Shown piece after piece: positions 30,912-39,670 of a stretch of DNA of 64,000 nt; position 1 is the first letter of the stretch, and every line of letters begins with the position of its first letter. Below the pieces are notes generated by a model. It saw nothing but the letters and a program-made list of their open reading frames with translations. It searched no databases and was not told where the DNA came from. Source of the stretch: an uncultured delta proteobacterium (lineage in GTDB: Bacteria > Myxococcota > Myxococcia > Myxococcales > Myxococcaceae). The translations under genes were made by a program, and so were the position numbers. The stretch lies in contig CAVZMH010000017.1 of assembly GCA_963776345.1 (NCBI GenBank), forward strand, positions 192,001 to 256,000, read 5' to 3'.

Positions 30912-32672
30912 ATGGAGAACACCGACGTCGCCCGGGTACTCGCCGAGGTGGCAGATCTCCTGGAGCTGACCGGCGGAAACGCCTTCAAGGTGAGGGCCTA
31001 CCGTCAGGCGTCGCAGATCGTCGATCTGCTCCCCACCCCGGTCTCCGAGCTGTGGCGCGCGGGGAAGCTGACCGAGCTGCCGTCCGTCGGCGAGCGCATC
31101 GCCGGGCACATCGAGGAGCTCCTGAGCACCGGCCGCTTCCGCGAGCACGACCAGCTCGCCGGCAAGGTGCCACCCGGCGTGCTGGAGCTGCTGCGGGTGG
31201 AAGGAATCGGTCCGAAGACCGCCGCGCTGGCCTGGAAGAAGCTCCGGATCAAGGAGCTCGCGGGGCTGGAGAAGGCATGCCGGGACGGCTCGCTGGAGAA
31301 GCTGCCGCGGATGGGGCCGAGGCGGGTGGCCGGCATCCTGGCCGCGCTGGAGCGCTACCAGGCGCGGAAGGGACGGGTTCCCCTCCATCGTGCGCTGGCC
31401 ACCGCCGAGGCCATCGCCGAGCGCCTGCGGAAGGTGCCCCACGTGCGCTCCGCCGAGGTGGCCGGGAGCATCCGGCGGCGGCGGGAGACCATCGGGGACA
31501 TCGACCTGCTGGTCTCCGCGGCCGAGGCGGACGCGGTGATCCGCGCCTTCAAGGACGCGCCGGAGGTGGAGGCGCTGACCGCCACCGGACCGACCAAGTG
31601 CACCGCGCGGCTGACGAGCGGGCTCCAGGCGGATCTCCGGATCGTGCCCCCCGAGTCGTTCGGAGCGGCGCTGCACTACTTCACCGGGAGCAAGTCCCAC
31701 AACATCGAGCTGCGGACCCGGGCCATGCGCCGCGGCCTCAAGCTGAGCGAGTACGGGGTGTTCGATCGCCACGGCAAGCGGCTGGGCGGAGCCACCGAGG
31801 AGGAGGTCTACCGGGCGGTGGGGTTGCCCTTCATCCCTCCGGAGCTCCGCGAGGGTTCCGGTGAGCTCGAGGCGGCGGAGGAGGGTCGTCTGCCGCGATT
31901 GATCGAGGAGAAGGACGTCCGTGGAGACCTGCACGTCCACTCGGATGCCTCGTCGGATGGCCACTCGACGCTCGACGAGCTCTGCCAGGAGGCGGAGCGG
32001 CTCGGCCGGCAGTATCTGGCGATCACCGACCACTCGCGGTCGAGACCGCTCGGGCTGACTGGCCCCCAGATGCGAGCGCACGCCCTGGAGATCCGTCGCT
32101 TCGGCCTTCAGCAGAGGAAGGGAGCGCCGCGCCTGCTGACCGGGGTGGAGGTCGACATCCTCGAGGACGGAACGCTCGACCTGCCGCTGGACGTCCTCCG
32201 GGAGCTGGACTGGGTGGTGGCCAGCGTGCACGCGCACTTCACCGACCCACCCAGGAAGATCACCGAGCGCATGGTCCGCGCGATCCGCTCGGGAGTGGTC
32301 GACGTCCTCGGGCACCCCAGCGGACGGCAGCTCGGGATCCGGGACGCCTATGCCTACGACTTCGAGAAGGTGCTCCAGGTGGCCCGGGAGGAAGGCGTGG
32401 CGCTCGAGGTGAACGCCATGCCCGAGCGGATGGACCTCGACGACAAGCACTGCCGGCTGGCCAAGGAGGCGGGGGTCGGCCTGGTCATCTCCACCGACGC
32501 CCACCACGCGAGCCAGCTGGGGAACCTGCGCTACGGCGTCTGGATGGCCCGGCGCGGGTGGATCGAGCGCGAGGACGTGCTGAACACGCAGAGCGTGGAG
32601 CGGCTCGGGCGGAAGCTCCACGGCCGCCGGCGCCGCGCCGGCGCGTCCCCGGAGCTCCAGGCTCCGCACTGA
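30912..32672 (+). CDS. polX: DNA polymerase/3'-5' exonuclease PolX with PHP domain
   Basis: FKVRAYR, HhH GIGPKT, GSIRRRRETIGDIDLL (DxD), ADLR, YFTGSKSHN. PHP motifs DLHVHS, ITDHS, GVEVD, LGHP, STDAH. Confidence 0.97.
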   Translation: MENTDVARVLAEVADLLELTGGNAFKVRAYRQASQIVDLLPTPVSELWRAGKLTELPSVGERIAGHIEELLSTGRFREHDQLAGKVPPGVLELLRVEGIGPKTAALAWKKLRIKELAGLEKACRDGSLEKLPRMGPRRVAGILAALERYQARKGRVPLHRALATAEAIAERLRKVPHVRSAEVAGSIRRRRETIGDIDLLVSAAEADAVIRAFKDAPEVEALTATGPTKCTARLTSGLQADLRIVPPESFGAALHYFTGSKSHNIELRTRAMRRGLKLSEYGVFDRHGKRLGGATEEEVYRAVGLPFIPPELREGSGELEAAEEGRLPRLIEEKDVRGDLHVHSDASSDGHSTLDELCQEAERLGRQYLAITDHSRSRPLGLTGPQMRAHALEIRRFGLQQRKGAPRLLTGVEVDILEDGTLDLPLDVLRELDWVVASVHAHFTDPPRKITERMVRAIRSGVVDVLGHPSGRQLGIRDAYAYDFEKVLQVAREEGVALEVNAMPERMDLDDKHCRLAKEAGVGLVISTDAHHASQLGNLRYGVWMARRGWIEREDVLNTQSVERLGRKLHGRRRRAGASPELQAPH

Positions 32673-32699
32673 CCTCGAGGCAGGTCCGGGGCCCACCCG

Positions 32700-32715
32700 C
32701 GGCTCCCGAAATGCA
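32700..32715 (+). promoter_or_regulatory. Possible sigma-54 promoter
   Basis: CGGCTC-ccgaa-ATGCA upstream of the 32778 gene. Confidence 0.4.
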
Positions 32716-32777
32716 TGCCCCGTGAGCGAGAGCGCGCCCCACCTTCCGGGTGGGGCCCATGGTCGAGGGGGTGGCCG

Positions 32778-33353
32778 ATGAGCAGATCTTCCTCAGTCCT
32801 GCCCGGACGGCGGGGGGGCGCCAGGCGCTCGGCCGCCGCCCTGTCGATCGTCGCGCTGCTCGCCTGGGCGAGTGGCGGATGCTCCCTCGTCTACGCGAGG
32901 GGCCCGCAGCCCGACATGCACCCGCCGCCGCCGTGCACGCCCTCGGACGTTCACGCCTACGCCGACACTGCCCTCGCTGTTGTCTCGGTCGCCGCCGCGG
33001 TCGCCGGCGGCATCGTCTACGCCAACGGAACGAAGAAGCAGTGTTCCGGCGGCGAGTGGTTCTGTGGGATGGAGGAGCAGGTGGGCGGAGGCGGCGCGCT
33101 GATCCTCGGCGGGATCGGCACCCTCATCTTCGTCCCATCGGCGATCGTCGGCTACAACCGGGCCGCTTCCTGTCGAGCCTGGCTCCAGGCGAACCCTCAG
33201 TACGCTCCACCGCCGGCCCCGCCCGAGGCGTCCTCGCTCCTGGTGCCTTCGCGCCCGTGTCTCACCGGCGGTGATGCTCCGCGCCTCTGCGCGTCGGCTG
33301 CGTCCTGGGAATCAAGTGCGAGCGCGTTCACGGAGCTCCGGGCCTCGCACTGA
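32778..33353 (+). CDS. Hypothetical Cys-containing lipoprotein/membrane protein
   Basis: Lipobox-like ASGGC, two Gly-rich hydrophobic segments and paired Cys. Start uncertain. Confidence 0.65.
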   Translation: MSRSSSVLPGRRGGARRSAAALSIVALLAWASGGCSLVYARGPQPDMHPPPPCTPSDVHAYADTALAVVSVAAAVAGGIVYANGTKKQCSGGEWFCGMEEQVGGGGALILGGIGTLIFVPSAIVGYNRAASCRAWLQANPQYAPPPAPPEASSLLVPSRPCLTGGDAPRLCASAASWESSASAFTELRASH

Positions 33354-33367
33354 CCGCGGCGCCGCCC

Positions 33368-33796
33368 TCACTTCACGCCGCTGAAGGACCAGCTGAAGTT
33401 CGCGCTCGTCGAGCAGCCCGAGGCCGTTCCCGACGCCTGGGCCGTGAGCGTCTTCCCGTCCGAGCTCAGCGAGGCCGTGCCGCTGGTGAGGGTCACCGTC
33501 ACCGAGGCGCACGAGCCGACCGCGAATGGCGGGCACACCTGCGTGCCGCTCCAGGACGCGCTGTTCCCGCTCCCGCCAGCGGTGATGCTTCCCGCGTTCC
33601 CGGGGCAGACCGGCGAGATGGTCAACGTCGTCTCGGTGGGGAGGGTGATCGTGATCTGCACGGTCTCCGTGGAGTCGAAGCTTCCCATCGTCAGGGTGGC
33701 CGGGCCGGTCCAGAGCCCACTGAACGCGGCATTGAGCTTATCGCTTCCACACCCGGCGAGACCCAGGGCCACGGCAACCACGAGCAATCGTCTCAT
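33368..33796 (-). CDS. Hypothetical lipoprotein
   Basis: RBS GAGGAGG, MRRLLVVAVALGLAGC lipobox, Ser/Thr/Gly-rich beta domain. Confidence 0.85.
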   Translation of the reverse strand: MRRLLVVAVALGLAGCGSDKLNAAFSGLWTGPATLTMGSFDSTETVQITITLPTETTLTISPVCPGNAGSITAGGSGNSASWSGTQVCPPFAVGSCASVTVTLTSGTASLSSDGKTLTAQASGTASGCSTSANFSWSFSGVK

Positions 33797-33923
33797 CTCA
33801 CTGACCTCCTCGAGCTGGTTCGGCGACGAGGCGCACCCCACGGCCCGCAATGGCTGCGCGGCCCCGACCCGGAGATGCACCTGCTGCACGAAGGACGCCG
33901 GTCTGGAGCCGGCCGGTGAGACG

Positions 33924-33939
33924 TGCATCCCCGGGGCCA
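33924..33939 (-). promoter_or_regulatory. Possible sigma-54 promoter for the lipoprotein gene
   Basis: TGGCCC-cgggg-ATGCA on the minus strand. Confidence 0.4.
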
Positions 33940-33960
33940 GCCGGAAGCGCTCGATGACGG

Positions 33961-34683
33961 TCAGCTGGCTGCGCGCCGCCGCCGGTCGAAGGAGACGACC
34001 CCCAGCAGCAGGAAGAAGCCCGCCGAGACCAGTCCGTGCCACCAGGCGTGGAGCTGCGGGTTCGGGATGCCGTGGGCCGGGAGCGTGACGCTCACCCACG
34101 GGCAGGCCCTGAGATCGACGAACCACACCGCGATGCCGGTGGCGTACGCCCCGAGCCCAAGCAGGTAGGGCCGGCGGACGGTCCGGTTCTCCGGACGGAG
34201 CGCGAGCCAGCTGAGGCGACCCAGGCAGAAGAGCTCCAGCGCTCCGAAGCTCACGTGGAAGGCCAGGAACTGTGCGCCGCCCCGGTTGAGCGTCGCGCCC
34301 GCCGTCGCGAGCAGCACGTACGCCGCCAGCGCTGCGGGGAACCACGCCCCCAGCCGCCGCTCCGGACCGGTTTCCACCAGCAGCCACGCCATCCAGGTGA
34401 CGAGGTAGAGCATCGGCAGCTCGTCGAGCATCTGCAGCTCGAAGCGGAGCGTGCCGTGGAAGGCGATGCTGCCGAGCCCCACCAGGGTCAGCAGCGCGAA
34501 GGCGAGCCGGACCTCCCGCGCGAATCGGCGCGTCCAGAACCCCACCAGGCCGGCCGCCACGATCGCCAGGCTGGAGAGCGTGTTCCAGAACTCCGCGACC
34601 CACGGCGTGACGGCGTAGTTCTGCTCGCACCAGTCGATGCTCGCCGTGGGGATGCCCCAGAAGCCCACCGGGTCGACCGGCAC
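33961..34683 (-). CDS. Alkaline ceramidase family (CREST superfamily) membrane protein
   Basis: IDWCEQNY...AEFWNTLSS, GSIAFHGTL, QMLDELPM, QLHAWWH Zn-binding motifs. The GTG start has TACACT 7 nt upstream. Confidence 0.9.
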   Translation of the reverse strand: MPVDPVGFWGIPTASIDWCEQNYAVTPWVAEFWNTLSSLAIVAAGLVGFWTRRFAREVRLAFALLTLVGLGSIAFHGTLRFELQMLDELPMLYLVTWMAWLLVETGPERRLGAWFPAALAAYVLLATAGATLNRGGAQFLAFHVSFGALELFCLGRLSWLALRPENRTVRRPYLLGLGAYATGIAVWFVDLRACPWVSVTLPAHGIPNPQLHAWWHGLVSAGFFLLLGVVSFDRRRRAAS

Positions 34684-34808
34684 GAGGAGGAGTGTACCCG
34701 TTGCCCGCCGGGGGCGAGGAGGAGCGTGCGGTCGGCGGCGTGCAATGACCGGGGCATCACCAGTCGCGGGCGACTCGGCCCTCCCGCGCCGCGGCCGGGG
34801 TGCCGAGC

Positions 34809-34957
34809 CCGGAGCAATCGTGGACATAGCAACTTCGAGTGTCAGAGTCCGCAGCCCGGGACCCCATCGACGTTCCAACTCATGAGAATTCCGAGGTGCA
34901 GGCTGGGTGCATCCCAGGCCCGCGCCCCCGAAGTTGCTATGTCCACGATTGCTCCGG
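34809..34957. repeat. 149-bp element with perfect 29-bp terminal inverted repeats (MITE/REPIN-like)
   Basis: CCGGAGCAATCGTGGACATAGCAACTTCG (34809-34837) and its exact reverse complement (34929-34957), separated by a 91-nt spacer. Confidence 0.9.
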
Positions 34958-35201
34958 AGGCGTCGCCTCCCGGGAGCGCTGGACCGACCGCCAGCGGCGG
35001 TGCCAGCGGCGCCGGTAACGATGGAGAGCGCGGCCATCCTGGGTCCTCGCCCGGCGTTTGGGATGGGGGGAGCGGCGGCATCGGCGATGCGACTTGCCGC
35101 GCGAAGACTCGGGCGCTCTCTTGCTGTACGTCGCGGTCGCGGCGATGGCCGTCGAGCGCCTCCTCACCGAGGTTCGATTGGCCCGCGAGCGGCAGTAGGC
35201 A

Positions 35202-36455
35202 CTAGCCCACCAGCTCGGCGCGCGGCACGTCCAGGCGAAGCCGGCGCCCGGTGACCTGCATCATCATGAACAGGGTGAGGATGGCGCCCACGGTGATGCT
35301 CAGCCCGGTGAAGCCCTTGAGCAGGAAGGTCAGCGAGAAGCCCACCAGGTACACCAGCTGGGCGAGCCCCATCTCCCGGAGCGCGAAGCGCCACCCGACC
35401 AGCCACTGCGCGTAGGTCACCGCAAGGAGAATGGACACCGCGCTGGAGAGGGAGAGGGCCACCCAGAGCGGTACGTGGTCCGCCAGGTACGCGAACAGCA
35501 GGTGGTCGGCGAAGAAGGCGCAGCCGATGAGGAACCAGCACAGCGGATGGAGGCGATGTCCGCGTCCCTCGGCGAGGAGACCGACGACGAAGAAGTAGAA
35601 GAGCAGCGCCACCGGGGCGAAGAAGGTGATGCGTGCGGCGAGCGGGCCGGGGTTGGTCTTCTGCGGCAGCTGGAGCGAGATGGGCGCGCTGCCGACCAGG
35701 CTGCGGAACTCCCAGGTGCCGCGCCAGCCGTGCCCCTCGTTCGCCGCGCGGCTGGGAGAGATGCTCCCCGGCGAGAAGTCGACGCCGCGGTCATTGCTCG
35801 AGAGCTCGAGCGAGAAGTCCCGGATGACCGAGCCTCCGGCCGCGGCGGGGCGGTAGGTCCACGAGGAGGTCCCGCGCGTGCGGTAGCGCACGGCGAAGGC
35901 GTGGCGGGCCGCCGGCTCGAGGGTGAGCGACCACCGCGCCGCGCCTCCCTCGACCTCGGCGGCGATGGGCCGACCCCGGTCGTCGAGCACCTCGAACCCG
36001 TCGTAGATCGCGCCGCGCGCCGGGAGCGGGAAGCTCATCGTCACCGCGCGCGCCACGGCGGTGTCGTTGAGCACCACGTAGCGGCCCTCGAACTCGGCGG
36101 CGTAGGTCGGGAACCAGAGCAGCCCCTTCTGCCGGTGCTCGAGCGCGAGCGAGACCCGGGCCTGCGTGGAGACCAGCGGGAGCGGGAGGGCGATGTCCTC
36201 CATCTTCTGCACCGTGGACTCGTACGGGCGGCCGTTCGCGTCGTAGAGCGTCCTCCGCTCCTCGCGGGGGCGCTGCTCGGTGTACTGGCCACCCGGCGCG
36301 GCCTGGTCGAGCGGCGGGCCCCAGAGCTGGTGGACCTCCTCCACCAGCGCCGAGGACGTCTCGCCCGAGCGGACCAGCAGCGTGGCCCCGAGCAGCATCC
36401 AGGCCGCGGTGCAGCCGGCCCACACCACTCCCAGCACGACGTAGCGTCGGATCAT
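35202..36455 (-). CDS. Inner membrane CreD-like protein
   Basis: N-terminal TM, LWGPP, RQKGLLW.PTY...F.G.Y, a periplasmic region and about 5 C-terminal TMs (FADHLLFAYL). Confidence 0.75.
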   Translation of the reverse strand: MIRRYVVLGVVWAGCTAAWMLLGATLLVRSGETSSALVEEVHQLWGPPLDQAAPGGQYTEQRPREERRTLYDANGRPYESTVQKMEDIALPLPLVSTQARVSLALEHRQKGLLWFPTYAAEFEGRYVVLNDTAVARAVTMSFPLPARGAIYDGFEVLDDRGRPIAAEVEGGAARWSLTLEPAARHAFAVRYRTRGTSSWTYRPAAAGGSVIRDFSLELSSNDRGVDFSPGSISPSRAANEGHGWRGTWEFRSLVGSAPISLQLPQKTNPGPLAARITFFAPVALLFYFFVVGLLAEGRGHRLHPLCWFLIGCAFFADHLLFAYLADHVPLWVALSLSSAVSILLAVTYAQWLVGWRFALREMGLAQLVYLVGFSLTFLLKGFTGLSITVGAILTLFMMMQVTGRRLRLDVPRAELVG

Positions 36456-37150
36456 GCCGGCGGCGCGGAGCAGCGGGCGTGCCACGGCCCGGGCTCAGCG
36501 GGGGGCCGGAACCGGCGGCGGCCTCGGGGCCGCACGTCGGTGGCCCCACGGCCACGGGTCGGCCTGGCCACGGCCGTCCGCGGCCCCGGGGTCAGCGCCG
36601 GAATTCGCGGGCGATGGAGGCGAAGGCCTCGTCCACCGAGCGGGCGATGGTCGCCTCGAGGCTCTCACCGGCCGTCGAGCGGATCTGGACGACAGGGCAG
36701 CCACGCGCTCGAGCCAGGATGGCGTCGGGCGAGCACGGGTGTCGCTCGTGGAGGGTGCTGCATCGGTCACGGTGGTCACAGGGTCCTTCCTTCCAGCGGG
36801 GTGAATGGCTGCACGCTCCGGGCGGTCCGCGTCGGGCGCCTGGCCGCGTCGAGCGGCACGTCCGGCGCGACCTCCGGGGCGGGAGTCGCCGCCTCGCGGC
36901 TGCCGCCGGGAACGGTGGCGTAGAGGATCAGGGACAGCGGAGCAGAGAAGCGTGATGACGGCACTGGGGTCTCCCACGGGTTGTCTGCCTCCGGGAGACC
37001 CGCGGCGCTCGTCCCGTTGCCGCGTGCTGCACGGACGCGCGACATCTGTGCTGTTGCGCCGCGCGCAACACGCGCTCGCGCGCGGGCCTAACCTGCTCTC
37101 ACCTCCCGGGTGAGATCGCGTGGCCGTCACCGCTTCCGGGAGGTCCTCCG

Positions 37151-37831
37151 ATGAGCGCCATGCAGGCACGCGGTCTGCTCCTGGTCTCCCTCATGTCGGC
37201 GTGGAGCGCACGCGCCCAGGACGTTCCCAGGCCGGAACCGTCCGACGCGTACGAGGAGCAGTTCATCGGATTCGACGACTTCGGCGCCGTCGTCACCGAC
37301 CACGGCCTCGTCACCGGCACGGTGCAGTGGAGCGTCCCCTACGAGGGCAAGTACAAGAAGCCGCTCGCCGGCGTGGACTTCTACCGGAAGCTCGGCCGCG
37401 CCGATCTCCTGCAGGCCTACCAGGACCGGGAGGCACTCCGCACCGGTCTGACGGTGGGTGGAGCGGTGGTCATCGTCGCCGGCGTGATCGCCACCGTGGC
37501 CATCGGGGTGGGTCAGAGTGAAGACTGCGGCCCGGTGACGGCTCCCGGGTTCGCCACGTGCGTGGACCGGAACGCGCACCAGGGATTCGACGCCACGGCC
37601 GGAGCCATCGCCCTCGGAGTGACGCTCCTCGGTGGAGGCCTGGTGTGGGCCGGGGCAGCCATCGACCCGAATCCGGTCGGAACGGTCGAGGCCCGTCAGC
37701 TCGCAGATGCCTACAACCGGGAGCTCCGGCAGCGGCTCGGAGCGGCGCCCAGGGCGGACGCGGTCGACGTTCGCCTCGTTCCTCACCTCGAGCGGGAGGG
37801 GGCCGGGCTGATGCTCGCGGTTCGCTTCTAG
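37151..37831 (+). CDS. Hypothetical exported membrane protein
   Basis: RBS GGAGG, signal peptide, two Gly-rich hydrophobic segments, C-terminal GLMLAVRF. Confidence 0.8.
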   Translation: MSAMQARGLLLVSLMSAWSARAQDVPRPEPSDAYEEQFIGFDDFGAVVTDHGLVTGTVQWSVPYEGKYKKPLAGVDFYRKLGRADLLQAYQDREALRTGLTVGGAVVIVAGVIATVAIGVGQSEDCGPVTAPGFATCVDRNAHQGFDATAGAIALGVTLLGGGLVWAGAAIDPNPVGTVEARQLADAYNRELRQRLGAAPRADAVDVRLVPHLEREGAGLMLAVRF

Positions 37832-37859
37832 TCGGCGGCCGGGTAGGGTCGACGGCTGG

Positions 37860-39359
37860 ATGGGAATCGCAGAGTACGGACGCCTCGACGCGGTCGGGAT
37901 GGCCGAGCTGGTGCGCCGGCGCGAGCTGAGCGCGCGCGAGCTGGTGGACGAGGCGATCGCCCGGATCGAGCGGGTCGACCCCTCGCTGAACGCGGTGGTC
38001 GAGCGCCTCTTCGACCGCGGCCGGGAGAGCGCCAGGTCGAGCCTCCTCGACGGCCCCTTCGCTGGAGTCCCCTTCGCGACCAAGAACCTGCTCGCTCCCA
38101 TCGCCGGGGTGCGCATCGACGCCGGCAGCCGCTTCTTTCACGGGCACGTGGCCGCCCGGGACAGCACGCTCATCTCGCGGTACCGGAAGGCGGGACTGGT
38201 CTTCCTGGCCACCACCAACACGCCCGAGCTGGGCCTGCTCCCGTTCACCGAGCCCGAGCTGCACGGGCCGACGCGCAACCCCTACGACCTCGCGCGGACC
38301 TCGGGCGGCTCCAGCGGCGGCTCGGCGGCGCTGGTCGCCGCAGGCGCCCTTCCCATGGCCCACGCCAGCGACGGCGGAGGGTCCATCCGGATCCCCTCGT
38401 CGTGCTGCAACCTCTTCGGGCTGAAGCCCTCGCGCGGCCGGGTGCCGGTGGGCCCGGACTACCAGGAGATCTGGCACGGCTTCGTCTGCGACCACGTGGT
38501 CAGCCGCACGGTCCGCGACAGCGCGGCGGCGCTCGACGCCGTCCAGGGTGCCGAGCCAGGAGCGCTCTACTTCACGCCCTCGCCGGAATGGCCGTACCTC
38601 GAGGAGATCCGGCGGCCGCCGCGCCGGCTCCGCATCGCGCTCTCGGTCACCCCGCATCTGCCTGCCCGGGTGGACCCGCGCTGCGTGGAGGCGACGCGGG
38701 CCGCGGGCCGGCTCTGCCAGTCGCTGGGGCACGTGGTTGAGGAGGCGGCCCCGGTCTTTCATCCGCGCGAGCTGGCGAAGGCGTTCTTCACCGTCGTGGT
38801 CTCCGAGGCCGCCTCCGACATCCGGCGGGGCGAGGCGCTGATGAAGAAGAAGGCGCGCCCCCGCGACTTCGAGGACACGACCTGGCTCGTGGCGCTGCTC
38901 GCTCGCGAGGTCAGCGCCGCCGACTTCGCCTCGGCCATGGGGATGCTGCGCGACGTGAGCAAACACGTGACACGGTTCCTCGAGACCTACGACCTGCTGC
39001 TCACCCCGACGCTGGCGCGACCGCCGCCGCTGATCGGCGAGCTCCTGCCCAAGGGCCTCGAGAAGCGGGTCCAGGCGCTCGCCGCGGCGACGTCCTCCTC
39101 GCTGCTCCTCAAGCTCGGAGGCGGCATCGACGCGGCGGTGGACCGGGTGTTCGAGTTCGTCCCGTTCACGCCGCTGGCCAACTTCGCCGGGCTCCCGGCG
39201 ATGTCGGTGCCGCTCGGCGAGGCGGACGGGCTGCCCATCGGGGTCCAGTTCGTCGGACGCTTCGCGGACGAGGCGACGCTGTTCCAGCTCGCGGCCCAGC
39301 TCGAGGAGGCGGCGCCGTGGAGGGGACGACGGCCGAAGGTGACAGCCGACTCGCCGTGA
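37860..39359 (+). CDS. Amidase signature family protein
   Basis: [35 protein letters not shown]. Confidence 0.96.
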   Translation: MGIAEYGRLDAVGMAELVRRRELSARELVDEAIARIERVDPSLNAVVERLFDRGRESARSSLLDGPFAGVPFATKNLLAPIAGVRIDAGSRFFHGHVAARDSTLISRYRKAGLVFLATTNTPELGLLPFTEPELHGPTRNPYDLARTSGGSSGGSAALVAAGALPMAHASDGGGSIRIPSSCCNLFGLKPSRGRVPVGPDYQEIWHGFVCDHVVSRTVRDSAAALDAVQGAEPGALYFTPSPEWPYLEEIRRPPRRLRIALSVTPHLPARVDPRCVEATRAAGRLCQSLGHVVEEAAPVFHPRELAKAFFTVVVSEAASDIRRGEALMKKKARPRDFEDTTWLVALLAREVSAADFASAMGMLRDVSKHVTRFLETYDLLLTPTLARPPPLIGELLPKGLEKRVQALAAATSSSLLLKLGGGIDAAVDRVFEFVPFTPLANFAGLPAMSVPLGEADGLPIGVQFVGRFADEATLFQLAAQLEEAAPWRGRRPKVTADSP

Positions 39360-39362
39360 CCT

Positions 39363-39659
39363 TCAGGTCGCCGCGAGCACGTCCGCTTCCTCGGCCAGCT
39401 TCGTGTCCCGCCAGGTCAGTCCGCCTGCGTCGTGGGTGACCAGGGCGAGCGTCACCTTCGAGTAGCGGATGTCGATGTCCGGATGGTGGTCCGCCGCGTC
39501 CGCCGCGTCGGCCACCCGGTTCACGAAGGCCATCGCCACCCGGAAGTCGGCGAAGGCGAACGTCCGGCGAATCATCCCGCCCTCGAGCGCCCATCCGGGG
39601 TGCGTCTTCAGCCAGCCCTGCACCTCTGCATCCCCCAGCTTCGTCCGGTCGCGTGCCAT
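39363..39659 (-). CDS. Pterin-4-alpha-carbinolamine dehydratase
   Basis: F.DF..AMAFVNRVA..A...DHHPDI.I.Y..V...L.THDAGGLT..D..LA. Confidence 0.95.
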   Translation of the reverse strand: MARDRTKLGDAEVQGWLKTHPGWALEGGMIRRTFAFADFRVAMAFVNRVADAADAADHHPDIDIRYSKVTLALVTHDAGGLTWRDTKLAEEADVLAAT

Positions 39660-39670
39660 GGCCCGGCTCT

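Noticed and set aside
35110..35125. Sigma-54-like motif CGGGCG-ctctc-TTGCT
   Set aside because: It points into the 3' end of an opposite-strand gene with no downstream CDS. GG-N10-GC matches arise by chance in GC-rich DNA.
36456..37150. Small ORFs between the CreD-like gene and the 37151 gene
   Set aside because: One frame ends plausibly (...SVDEAFASIAREFRR*), but I could not identify a supported start or family.
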